Assembly: GCA_964016885.1 (NCBI GenBank)
Contig: OZ024741.1
Span: 18,538,001-18,602,000, forward strand
Length of the DNA stretch: 64,000 bases
Source of the DNA: Eledone cirrhosa
Lineage: Eukaryota
Reading direction: 5' to 3'
The position numbers and the translations under genes are program-made. A model generated the notes under the pieces. The model saw only the letters and a program-made list of their open reading frames with translations, did not search any database and was not told the DNA's origin. Position 1 is the stretch's first letter, and each line of letters opens with the position of its first letter. This document shows, in pieces, positions 1 to 12,710 of the stretch.

Positions 1-2430
1 AGTATATGTGTGTGTCTGTATCAGTATGTGTGTGTGTGTCAGTATCAGCATGTGTGTGTGTGTCTGTATCAGTATGTGTGTGTGTCTGTATCAGTATGTG
101 TGTGTGTATGTATCAGTACGTGTGTGCATGTCTGTATCAGTATGTGTGTGTGTCTGTATCAGTATGTGTGTGTGTGTCTGTATCAGTATGTGTGTGTGCA
201 TGTCTGTATCAGTATGTGTGTGTGTCTGTATCAGTATGTGTGTGTGTGTCTGTATCAGTATGTGTGTGTGTCTGTATCAGTATGTGTGCATGTCTGTATC
301 AGTATGTGTGTGTGTCTTTATCAGTATGTGTGTGTGTCTGTATCAGTATGTGTGTGTGTGTCTGTATCAGTATGTATGTGTGTCTGTATCAGTATGTGTG
401 TGTGTGTCTGTATCAGTATGTATGTGTGTCTGTATCAGTATTTGTGTGTGTGTCTGTATCAGTATGTATGTGTGTCTGTATCAGTATGTGTGTGTGTCAG
501 TATCAGTATGTGTGTGTGTCAGTATCAGTATGTGTGTGTGTATCTGTATCAGTATATGTGTGTGTGTCTGTATCAGTATGTGTGTGTGTCTGTATCAGTA
601 TATGTGTGTGTGTCTGTATCAGTATGTATGTGTGTCTGTATCAGTATATGTGTGTGTGTCTGTATCAGTATGTGTGTGTGTCTGTATCAGTATGTGTGTG
701 TGTGTCTGTATCAGTATGTGTGAGTGTCTGTATCAGTATGTGTTTGTGTGTCTGTATCAGTATGTGTGTGTGTGTCTGTATCAGTATGTGTGTGCGTGTC
801 TGTATCAGTATGTGTGTGTGTGTGTGTGTCTGTCTGTATCAGTATGTGTGTGTGTCTGTATCAGTATGTGTGTGTGTGGCTGTATCAGTATGTGTGTGCA
901 TGTCTGTATCAGAATGTGTGTGTGTGTATGTATCAGTATGTGTGTGTGTCTGTATCAGTATGTATGTGTGTGTCTGTATCAGCATGTGTGTGTGTGTGTC
1001 TGTATCAGTATGTGTGTGTGTCTGTATCAGCCTGTGTGTGTGTCTGTGTCAGTATGTGTGTGTGCATGTCTGTATCAGTATGTGTGTGTGTCTGTATCAG
1101 TATGTGTGTGTGTGTCTGTATCAGTATGTGTGTGTGTCTGTATCAGTATGTGTGTGTGTGTCTGTATCAGTATGTGTGTGTGTCTGTATCAGTATGTGTG
1201 TGTGTCTGTATCAGTATGTGTTGGCATGTCTGTATCAGTATGTGTGTGTGTCTGTATCAGTATGTGTGTGTGTGTTGTATCAGTATGTGTGTGTGTCTGT
1301 ATCAGTATGGGTGTGGGTGTCTGTATCAGTATGTCTGTGTGTCTGTATCAGTATATGTGTGTGTGTCTGTATCAGTATGTGTGTGTGTGTCTGTATCAGT
1401 ATGTGTGTATGTCTGTATCAGTATGTGTGTGTGTGTGTCTGTATCAGTATGTGTGTGTGTGTCTGTATCAGTATGTGTGTGTGTGTCTGTATCAGTATGT
1501 GTGTGTGTTTGTATCAGTATGTGTGTGTGTGTCTGTATCAGTATATGTGTGTGTGTCTGTATCAGTATATGTGTGTGTCTGTATCAGTATGTGTGTGTGT
1601 GTCAGTATCAGCATGTGTGTGTGTGTCTGTATCAGTATGTGTGTGTGTCTGTATCAGTATGTGTGTGTGTATGTATCAGTATGTGTGTGCATGTCTGTAT
1701 CAGTATGTGTGTGTGTCTGTATCAGTATGTGTGTGTGTGTCTGTATCAGTATGTGTGTGTGCATGTCTGTATCAGTATGTGTGTGTGTCTGTATCAGTAT
1801 GTGTGTGTGTGTCTGTATCAGTATGTGTGTGTGTCTGTATCAGTATGTGTGCATGTCTGTATCAGTATGTGTGTGTGTCTTTATCAGTATGTGTGTGTGT
1901 CTGTATCAGTATGTGTGTGTGTGTCTGTATCAGTATGTATGTGTGTCTGTATCAGTATGTGTGTGTGTGTCTGTATCAGTATGTATGTGTGTCTGTATCA
2001 GTATTTGTGTGTGTGTCTGTATCAGTATGTATGTGTGTCTGTATCAGTATGTGTGTGTGTCAGTATCAGTATGTGTGTGTGTCAGTATCAGTATGTGTGT
2101 GTGTATCTGTATCAGTATATGTGTGTGTGTCTGTATCAGTATGTGTGTGTGTCTGTATCAGTATATGTGTGTGTGTCTGTATCAGTATGTATGTGTGTCT
2201 GTATCAGTATATGTGTGTGTGTCTGTATCAGTATGTGTGTGTGTCTGTATCAGTATGTGTGTGTGTGTCTGTATCAGTATGTGTGAGTGTCTGTATCAGT
2301 ATGTGTTTGTGTGTCTGTATCAGTATGTGTGTGTGTGTCTGTATCAGTATGTGTGTGCGTGTCTGTATCAGTATGTGTGTGTGTGTGTGTGTCTGTCTGT
2401 ATCAGTATGTGTGTGTGTCTGTATCAGTAT
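1..2430 (+). repeat. Higher-order tandem duplication, period 1563 bp (first copy truncated by window start)
   Basis: Rare variants recur at +1563: cagtatcagcat 40/1603, ctttatc ~316/1879, gtgtgagtgtctg ~718/2281. ORF starts 724 and 2287 differ by 1563. Confidence 0.9.
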
Positions 2431-5400
2431 GTGTGTGTGTGTCTGTATCAGTATGTGTGTGTGTCTGTATCAGTGTGTGTGTGTGTCTGTATCAGTATGT
2501 GTGTGTGTCTGTATCAGTATGTGTGTGTGTGTCTGTATCAGTAAGTGTGCGTATCTGTATCAGTATGTGTGTGTGTCTGTATCAGTATGTGTGTGTGTGT
2601 CTGTATCAGTATGTGTGTGTGTGTCTGTATCAGTATGTGTGTGTGTATCTGTATCAGTATGTGTGTGTGTCTGTATCAGTATGTGTGTGTGTCTGTATCA
2701 GTATGTGTGTGTGTGTCTGTATCAGTATGTGTGTATGTGTCTGTATCACTATGTGTGTGTGTCTGTATCAGTATGTGCGTCTGTATCAGTATGTGTGTGT
2801 GTCTGTATCTGTATGTGTGTGTGTGTCTGTATCAGTATGTGTGTGTGTCTGTATCAGTATGTGTGTGTGTGTTTGTATCAGTATGTGTGTGTGTGTATGT
2901 ATCAGTATGTGTGTGTGTGTCTGTATCAGTATGTGTGTGTGTCTGTATCAGCATGTGTGTGTGTCTGTATCAGTATGTGTGTGTGTGTCTGTATCAGTAT
3001 GTGTGTGTGTCTGTATCAGTATGTCTGTGTGTCTCTGTATCAGTATGTGTGTGTGTCTGTATCAGTATGTGTGTGTGTCTGTATCAGTATGTGTGTGTGT
3101 GTCTGTATCACTATGTGTGTGTATCTGTATCAGTATGTGTGTGTGTGTCTGTATCAGTATGTGTGTGCATGTCTGTATCAGTATGTCTGTGCATGTCTGT
3201 ATCAGTATGTGTGTGTGTCTGTATCAGTATGTGTGTGTGTGTCTGTATCAGTATGTGTGTGTGTGTCTGTATCAGTATGTGTGTGTGTCTGTATCAGTAT
3301 GTGTGTGTGTGTATGTATCAGTATGTGTGTGTGTGTCTGTATCAGTATGTGTGTGTGTGTCTGTATCAGTATGTGTGTGTGTGTCTGTATCAGTATGTGT
3401 GTGTGTCTGTATCAGTATGTGTGTGTGTCTGTATCACCATGTGTGTGTCTGTCTGTATCGGTATGTGTGTGTGTGTCTGTATCAGTATGTGTGTGTATCT
3501 GTATCAGTATGTGTGTGTGTCTGTATCAGTATGTGTGTGCATGTCTGTATCAGTATGTGTGTGTGTGTCTGTATCAGTATGTGTGTGCATATCTGTATCA
3601 GTATGTGTGCGTGTGTCTGTAACAGTATGTGTGTGTGTGTGTCTGTATCAGTATGTGTGTGTGTCTGTATCAGTATGTGTGTGTGTCTGTATCAGTATAT
3701 ATGTGTGTCTGTATCAGTATGTGTGTGTGTGTCTGTATCAGTATGTGTGTGCATGTCTGTATCAGAATGTGTGTGTGTGTATGTATCAGTATGTGTGTGT
3801 CTGTATCAGTATGTATGTGTGTGTCTGTATCAGCATGTGTGTGTGTGTGTCTGTATCAGTATGTGTGTGTGTCTGTATCAGCCTGTGTGTGTGTCTGTGT
3901 CAGTATGTGTGTGTGCATGTCTGTATCAGTATGTGTGTGTGTCTGTATCAGTATGTGTGTGTGTGTCTGTATCAGTATGTGTGTGTGTCTGTATCAGTAT
4001 GTGTGTGTGTGTCTGTATCAGTATGTGTGTGTGTCTGTATCAGTATGTGTGCATGTCTGTATCAGTATGTGTGTGTGTGTCTGTATCAGTATGTGTGTGT
4101 GTCTGTATCAGTATGTGTGTGTGTCTGTATCAGTATGTGTGTGTGTGTCTGTATCAGTATGTGTGTGTGTCTGTATCAGTATGTGTGTGTGTCTGTATCA
4201 GTATGTGTGTGCATGTCTGTATCAGTATGTGTGTGGGTGTCTGTATCAGTATGTGTGTGTGTCTGTATCAGTATATGTGTGTGTGTCTGTATCAGTATGT
4301 GTGTGTGTGTCTGTATCAGTATGTGTGTATGTCTGTATCAGTATGTGTGTGTGTGTGTCTGTATCAGTATGTGTGTGTGTGTCTGTATCAGTATGTGTGT
4401 GTGTGTCTGTATCAGTATGTGTGTGTGTTTGTATCAGTATGTGTGTGTGTGTCTGTATCAGTATATGTGTGTGTGTCTGTATCAGTATATGTGTGTGTCT
4501 GTATCAGTATGTGTGTGTGTGTCAGTATCAGCATGTGTGTGTGTGTCTGTATCAGTATGTGTGTGTGTCTGTATCAGTATGTGTGTGTGTCTGTATCAGT
4601 ACGTGTGTGCATGTCTGTATCAGTATGTGTGTCTGTCTGTATCAGTATGTGTGTGTGTGTCGGTATCAGTGTTTGTGTGTGCCTGTATCAGTATGTGTGT
4701 GGGTGTCTGTATCAGTATGTGTGTGTGCATGTCTGTATCAGTATGTGTGTGTGTCTGTATCAGTATGTGTGTGTGTGTCTGTATCAGTATGTGTGTGTGT
4801 CTGTATCAGTATGTGTGCATGTCTGTATCAGTATGTGTGTGTGTCTTTATCAGTATGTGTGTGTGTCTGTATCAGTATGTGTGTGTGTGTCTGTATCAGT
4901 ATGTAAGTGTGTCTGTATCAGTATGTGTGTGTGTGTCTGTATCAGTATGTATGTGTGTCTGTATCAGTATGTGTGTGTGTGTCTGTATCAGTATGTATGT
5001 GTGTCTGTATCAGTATGTGTGTGTGTCAGTATCAGTACGTGTGTGTGTCAGTATCAGTATGTGTGTGTGTATCTGTATCAGTATATGTGTGTGTGTCTGT
5101 ATCAGTATGTGTGTGTGTCTGTATCAGTATATGTGTGTGTGTCTGTATCAGTATGTATGTGTGTCTGTATCAGTATATGTGTGTGTGTCTGTATCAGTAT
5201 GTGTGTGTGTCTGTATCAGTATGTGTGTGTGTGTCTGTATCAGTATGTGTGAGTGTCTGTATCAGTATGTGTGTGTGTCTGTATCAGTATGTGTGTGTGT
5301 GTCTGTATCAGTATGTGTGTGTGTGTCTGTATCAGTATGTGTGTGTGTGTCTGTATCAGTATGTGTGTGTGTCTGTATCAGTATGTGTGTGTGTGTATGT

Positions 5401-6829
5401 ATCAGTATGTGTGTGTGTGTCTGTATCAGTATGTGTGTGTGTGTCTGTATCAGTATGTGTGTGTGTGTCTGTATCAGTATGTGTGTGTGTCTGTATCAGT
5501 ATGTGTGTGTGTCTGTATCAGCATGTGTGGGTCTGTCTGTATCGGTATGTGTGTGTGTGTCTGTATCAGTATGTGTGTGTATCTGTATCAGTATGTGTGT
5601 GTGTCTGTATCAGTATGTGTGTGTGTGTCTGTATCAGTATGTGTGTGTATGTCTGTATCAGTATGTGTGTGTGTCTGTATCACTATGTGTGTGTGTGTCT
5701 GTATCAGTATGTGTTTGTGTGTCTGTATCAGTATGTGTGTGTGTCTGTATCAGTATGTTTGTGTGTGTCTGTATCAGTATGTGTGTGTGTGTCTGTATCA
5801 GTATGTGTGTGTGTCTATATCAGTATGTGTGTGTGTGTATGTATCAGTATGTGTGTGTGTGTATGTATCAATATGTGTGTGTGTGTCTGTATCAGTATGT
5901 GTGTGTGTCTGTATCAGTATGTGTGTGTGTCAGTATCTGTATGTGTGTGTGTCTGTATCAGTATGTGTGTGTGTCTGTATCAGTATGTGTGTGTGTGTCT
6001 GTATCAGTATGTGTGTGTGTGTCTGTATCAGTATGTGTGTGTGTCTGTATCAGTATGTGTGTGTGTCTGTATCAGTATGTGTGTGTGTGTCTGTATCAGT
6101 ATGTGTGTGTGTCTCTGTATCAGTATGTGTGTGTGTGTCTGTATCAGTATGTGTGTGTGTCTCTATCAGTATGTGAGTGTGTCTGTATCAGTATGTGTGT
6201 GTGTGTCTGTATAAGTATGTGTGTGTGTGTCTGTATCAGTATGTGTGTGTATCTGTATCAGTATGTGTGTGTGTCTGTATCAGTATGTGTGTGTGTGTCT
6301 GTATCAGTATGTGTGTGTATGTCTGTATCAGTATGTGTGTGTGTGTCTGTATCACTATGTGTGTGTGTGTCTGTATCAGTATGTGTTTGTGTGTCTGTAT
6401 CAGTATGTGTGTGTGTCTGTATCAGTATGTTTGTGTGTGTCTGTATCAGTATGTGTGTGTGTGTCTGTATCAGTATGTGTGTGTGTCTATATCAGTATGT
6501 GTGTGTGTGTATGTATCAGTATGTGTGTGAGTGTATGTATCAATATGTGTGTGTGTGTCTGTATCAGTATGTGTGTGTGTCTGTATCAGTATGTGTGTGT
6601 GTCAGTATCTGTATGTGTGTGTGTCTGTATCAGTATGTGTGTGTGTCTGTATCAGTATGTGTGTGTGTGTCTGTATCAGTATGTGTGTGTGTGTCTGTAT
6701 CAGTATGTGTGTGTGTCTGTATCAGTATGTGTGTGTGTCTGTATCAGTATGTGTGTGTGTGTCTGTATCAGTATGTGTGTGTGTCTCTGTATCAGTATGT
6801 GTGTGTGTGTCTGTATCAGTATGTGTGTG

Positions 6830-7200
6830 TGTCTCTATCAGTATGTGAGTGTGTCTGTATCAGTATGTGTGTGTGTGTCTGTATCAGTATGTGTGTGTGT
6901 CTATATCAGGATGTGTGTGTGTGTCTGTATCAGTATGTGTGTGCATGTCTGTATCAGTATGTGTGTGTGTCTGTATCAGTATGTGTGTGTGTGTCTGTAT
7001 CAGTATGTGTGTGTGTCTCTATCAGTATGTGAGTGTGTCTGTATCAGTATGTGTGTGTGTGTCTGTATCAGTATGTGTGTGTGTCTATATCAGGATGTGT
7101 GTGTGTGTCTGTATCAGTATGTGTGTGCATGTCTGTATCTGTATGTGTGTGTGTGTCTGTATCAGTATATGTGCATGTCTGTATCAGTATGTGTGTGTGT
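6830..7200 (+). repeat. Doubled 8-monomer cassette (184-188 bp) marked by ctctatcagtatgtgagt ... ctatatcaggat ... gcat
   Basis: ORF starts 6849/7033 are 184 bp apart. The same doublet recurs at 7999/8183, 14679/14863, 37726/37910, 38922/39106, 46757/46945, 50787/50973, 52920/53104, 56122/56308 and 58255/58439. Confidence 0.88.
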
Positions 7201-10200
7201 GTCTGTATCAGTATGTGTGTGTGCATGTCTGTATCAGTATGTGTGTGTGTTTGTATCAGTATGTGTGCATGTCTGTATCAGTATGTGTGTGTGTGTCTGT
7301 ATCAGTATGTGTGTGTGTCTGTATCAGTATGTGTGTGTGTCTGTATCAGTATGTGTGTGTGTGTCTGTATCAGTATGTGTGTGTGTCTGTATCAGTATGT
7401 GTGTGTGTCTGTATCAGTATGTGTGTGTGTCAGTATCTGTATGTGTGTGTGTCTGTATCAGTATGTGTGTGTGTCTGTATCAGTATGTGTGTGTGTGTCT
7501 GTATCAGTATGTGTGTGTGTGTCTGTATCAGTATGTGTGTGTGTCTGTATCAGTATGTGTGTGTGTCTGTATCAGTATGTGTGTGTGTGTCTGTATCAGT
7601 ATGTGTGTGTGTGTCTGTATCAGTATGTGTGTATGTCTGTATCAGTATGTGTGTGTGTGTCTGTATCAGTATGTGTGTGTGTGTCTGTATCAGTATGTGT
7701 GTGTGTGTCTGTATCAGTATGTGTGTGTGTCTGTATCAGTATGTGTGTGTGTCTGTATCAGTATATGTGTGTGTCTGTATCAGTATGTGTGTGTGTCTGT
7801 ATCAGTATGTGTGTGTGTGTCTGTATCAGTATGTGTGTGTGTGTCTGTATCAGTATGTGTGTGTGTCTGTATCAGTATGTGTGTGTGTCTGTATCAGTAT
7901 GTGTGTGTGTGTCTGTATCAGTATGTGTGTGTGTCTCTGTATCAGTATGTGTGTGTGTGTCTGTATCAGTATGTGTGTGTGTCTCTATCAGTATATGAGT
8001 GTGTCTGTATCAGTATGTGTGTGTGTGTCTGTATCAGTATGTGTGTGTGTCTATATCAGGATGTGTGTGTGTGTCTGTATCAGTATGTGTGTGCATGTCT
8101 GTATCAGTATGTGTGTGTGTCTGTATCAGTATGTGTGTGTGTGTCTGTATCAGTATGTGTGTGTGTCTCTATCAGTATGTGAGTGTGTCTGTATCAGTAT
8201 GTGTGTGTGTGTCTGTATCAGTATGTGTGTGTGTCTATATCAGGATGTGTGTGTGTGTCTGTATCAGTATGTGTGTGCATGTCTGTATCTGTATGTGTGT
8301 GTGTGTCTGTATCAGTATATGTGCATGTCTGTATCAGTATGTGTGTGTGTGTCTGTATCAGTATGTGTGTGTGCATGTCTGTATCAGTATGTGTGTGTGT
8401 CTGTATCAGTATGTGTGCATGTCTGTATCAGTATGTGTGTGTGTGTCTGTATCAGTATGTGTGCATGTCTGTATCAGTATGTGTGTGTGTGTCTGTATCA
8501 GTATGTGTGTGTGTCTGTATCAGTATGTGTGTGTGTCTGTATCAGTATGTGTGTGTGTGTCTGTATCAGTATGTGTGTGTGTCTGTATCAGTATGTGTGT
8601 GTGTCTGTATCAGTATGTGTGTGGGTGTCTGTATCAGTATGTGTGTGTGTCTGTATCAGTATATGTGTGTGTGTCTGTATCAGTATGTGTGTGTGTGTCT
8701 GTATCAGTATGTGTGTATGTCTGTATCAGTATGTGTGTGTGTGTCTGTATCAGTATGTGTGTGTGTGTCTGTATCAGTATGTGTGTGTGTGTCTGTATCA
8801 GTATGTGTGTGTGTTTGTAACAGTATGTGTGTGTGTGTCTGTATCAGTATATGTGTGTGTGTCTGTATCAGTATGTGTGTGTGTCTGTATCAGTATGTGT
8901 GTGTGTGTCAGTATCAGCATGTGTGTGTGTCTGTATCAGTATGTGTGTGTGTCTGTATCAGTATGTGTGTGTGTCTGTATCAGTATGTGTGTGCATGTCT
9001 GTATCAGTATGTGTGTGTGTCTGTATCAGTATGTGTGTGTGTGTGTCGGTATCAGTATGTGTGTGTGTCTGTATCAGTATGTGTGTGTGTGTATGTATCA
9101 GTATGTGTGTGTGTGTCTGTATCAATATGTGCGTGTGTGTCTGTATCAGTATGTGTGTGTGTCTGTATCAGTATGTGTGTGTGTCTGTATCAGTATATGT
9201 GTGTGTCTGTATCAGTATGTGTGTGTGTCTGTATCAGTATGTGTGTGTGTGTCTGTATCAGTATGTGTGTGTGTGTCTGTATCAGTATGTGTGTGTGTCT
9301 GTATCAGTATGTGTGTGTGTCTGTATCAGTATGTGTGTGTGTGTCTGTATCAGTATGTGTGTGTGTCTCTATCAGTATGTGAGTGTGTCTGTATCAGTAG
9401 GTGTGTGTGTGTCTGTATCAGTATGTGTGTGTGTGTCTGTATCAGTATGTGTGTGTATCTGTATCAGTATGTGTGTGTGTCTGTATCAGTATGTGTGTGT
9501 GTCTGTATCAGTATGTGTGTGTGTGTCTGTATCAGTATGTGTGTGTGTGTCTGTATCAGTATGTGTGTGTGTGTCTGTATCAGTATGTGTGTGTATCTGT
9601 ATCAGTATGTGTGTGTGTCTGTATCAGTATGTGTGTGTGTCTGTATCAGTATGTGAGTGTGTCTGTATCAGTAGGTGTGTGTGTGTCTGTATCAGTATGT
9701 GTGTGTGTCTATATCAGGATGTGTGTGTGTGTCTGTATCAGTATGTGTGTGCATGTCTGTATCAGTATGTGTGTGTGTGTCTGTATCAGTATGTGTGTGT
9801 GTGTCTGTATCAGTATGTGTGTGTGTCTCTATCAGTATGTGAGTGTGTCTGTATCAGTATGTGTGTGTGTGTCTGTATCAGTATGTGTGTGTGTCTATAT
9901 CAGGATGTGTGTGTGTGTCTGTATCAGTATGTGTGTGCATGTCTGTATCTGTATGTGTGTGTGTGTCTGTATCAGTATGTGTGTGTGTGTCTGTATCAGT
10001 ATGTGTGTGTGTCTATATCAGGATGTGTGTGTGTGTCTGTATCAGTATGTGTGTGCATGTCTGTATCTGTATGTGTGTGTGTGTCTGTATCAGTATGTCT
10101 GTGTGTGTCTGTATCACTATGTGTGTGTATCTGTATCAGTATGTGTGTGTGTCTGTATCAGTATGTGTGTGTGTCTGTATCAGTATGTGTGTGTGTGTCT

Positions 10201-10489
10201 GTATCAGTATGTGTGTGTGTGTCTGTATCAGTATGTGTGTATGTGTCTGTATCACTATGTGTGTGTGTCTGTATCAGTATGTGCGTCTGTATCAGTATGT
10301 GTGTGTGTGTCTGTATCAGTATGTGTGTGTGTCTATATCAGGATGTGTGTGTGTGTCTGTATCAGTATGTGTGTGCATGTCTGTATCAGTATGTGTGTGT
10401 GTGTCTGTATCAGTATGTGTGTGTGTGTCTGTATCAGTATGTGTGTGTGTCTGTATCAGTATGTGTGTGTGTCTGTATCAGTATGTGTG

Positions 10490-12710
10490 TGTGTCTGTAT
10501 CAGTATGTGTGTGTGTGTCTGTATCAGTATGTGTGTGTATGTCTGTATCAGTATGTGTGTGTGTGTCTGTATCAGTATGTGTGTGTGTGTCTGTATCAGT
10601 ATGTCTGTGCATGTCTGTATCAGTATGTGTGTGTGTGTCTGTATCAGTATGTGTGTGTGTGTCTGTATCAGTATGTCTGTGCATGTCTGTATCAGTATGT
10701 GTGTGTGTGTCTGTATCAGTATGTGTGTGTCTGTCTGTATCAGTATGTGTGTGTGTGTCTGTATCAGTATGTGTGTGTGTGTCTGTATCAGTATGTCTGT
10801 GCATGTCTGTATCAGTATGTGTGTGTGTGTCTGTATCAGTATGTGTGTGTATGTCTGTATCAGTATGTGTGTGTGTGTCTGTATCAGTATGTGTGTGTGT
10901 GTCTGTATCAGTATGTCTGTGCATGTCTGTATCAGTATGTGTGTGTGTGTCTGTATCAGTATGTGTGTGTCTGTCTGTATCAGTATGTGTGTGTATGTCT
11001 GTATCAGTATGTGTGTGTGTGTCTGTATCAGTATGTGTGTGTGTGTCTGTATCAGTATGTGTGTGCATGTCTGTATCAGTATGTGTGTGCATGTCTGTAT
11101 CAGTATGTGTGTGTATCTGTATCAGTATGTCTGTGCATGTCTGTATCAGTATGTGTGTGTGTGTCTGTATCAGTATGTGTGTGTGTGTCTGTATCAGTAT
11201 GTGTGTGTGTATCTGTATCAGTATGTCTGTGCATGTCTGTATCAGTATGTGTGTGTGTGTCTGTATCAGTATGTGTGTGTGTGTCTGTATCAGTATGTGT
11301 GTGTGTGTCTGTATCAGTATGTGTGTGTGTGTCTGTATCAGTATGTGTGTGTATCTGTATCAGTATGTCTGTGCATGTCTGTATCAGTATGTGTGTGTGT
11401 GTATGTATCAGTATGTGTGTGTATGTCTGTATCAGTATGTGTGTGTGTGTCTGTATCAGTATGTGTGTGTGTGTCTGTATCAGTATGTGTGTGTGTGTCT
11501 GTATCAGTATGTGTGTGTGTGTCTGTATCAGTATGTGTGTGTGTGTATGTATCAGTATGTCTGTGCATGTCTGTATCAGTATGTGTGTGTGTGTCTGTAT
11601 CAGTATGTGTGTATGTGTCTGTATCAGTATGTGTGTGTGTGTCTGTATCAGTATGTGTGTGTGTGTCTGTATCAGTATGTGTGTGTGTGTCTGTATCAGT
11701 ATGTGTGTGTATCTGTATCAGTATGTCTGTGCATGTCTGTATCAGTATGTGTGTGTGTGTCTGTATCAGCATGTGTGTGTGTGTCTGTATCGGTATGTGT
11801 GTGTGTGTCTGTATCAGTATGTGTGTGTGTGTCTGTATCAGTATGTGTGTGTGTGTCTGTATCAGTATGTGTGTGTGTGTCTGTATCAGTATGTGTGTGT
11901 GTGTCTGTATCAGTATGTGTGTGTGTGTCTGTATCAGTATGTCTGTGCATGTCTGTATCAGTATGTGTGTGTGTGTCTGTATCAGCATGTGTGTGTGTGT
12001 CTGTATCGGTATGTGTGTGTGTGTCTGTATCAGTATGTGTGTGTGTGTCTGTATCAGTATGTGTGTGTGTGTCTGTATCAGTATGTGTGTGTGTGTCTGT
12101 ATCAGTATGTCTGTGCATGTCTGTATCAGCATGTGTGTGTGTGTCTGTATCGGTATGTGTGTGTGTGTCTGTATCAGTATGTGTGTGTGTGTCTGTATCA
12201 GTATGTGTGTGTGTGTCTGTATCAGTATGTGTGTGTGTGTCTGTATCAGTATGTGTGTGTGTGTCTGTATCAGTATGTGTGTGTGTGTCTGTATCAGTAT
12301 GTCTGTGCATGTCTGTATCAGTATGTGTGTGTGTGTCTGTATCAGCATGTGTGTGTGTGTCTGTATCGGTATGTGTGTGTGTGTCTGTATCAGTATGTGT
12401 GTGTGTGTCTGTATCAGTATGTGTGTGTGTGTCTGTATCAGTATGTGTGTGTGTGTCTGTATCAGTATGTCTGTGCATGTCTGTATCAGTATGTGTGTGT
12501 GTGTCTGTATCGGTATGTGTGTGTGTGTCTGTATCAGTATGTGTGTGTGTGTCTGTATCAGTATGTGTGTGTGTGTCTGTATCAGTATGTGTGTGTGTGT
12601 CTGTATCAGTATGTGTGTGTGTGTCTGTATCAGTATGTGTGTGTGTGTCTGTATCAGTATGTCTGTGCATGTCTGTATCAGTATGTGTGTGTGTGTCTGT
12701 ATCAGTATGT
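10490..12710 (+). repeat. Homogenised subdomain of almost pure 24-bp monomers, marked by the atgtctgtgcatgt variant
   Basis: Nearly all units have a 12-bp GT tract. The longest minus-strand ORFs (10478-11092, 11338-12348, 11696-12817) occur here because frame is preserved. Confidence 0.9.
11761..12700 (+). repeat. 360-bp higher-order repeat (15 x 24 bp), about 2.6 copies
   Basis: Lines 11761-12120 and 12121-12480 read identically. The third copy from 12481 differs at one base (cagc>cagt) and breaks off near 12700. Confidence 0.93.
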
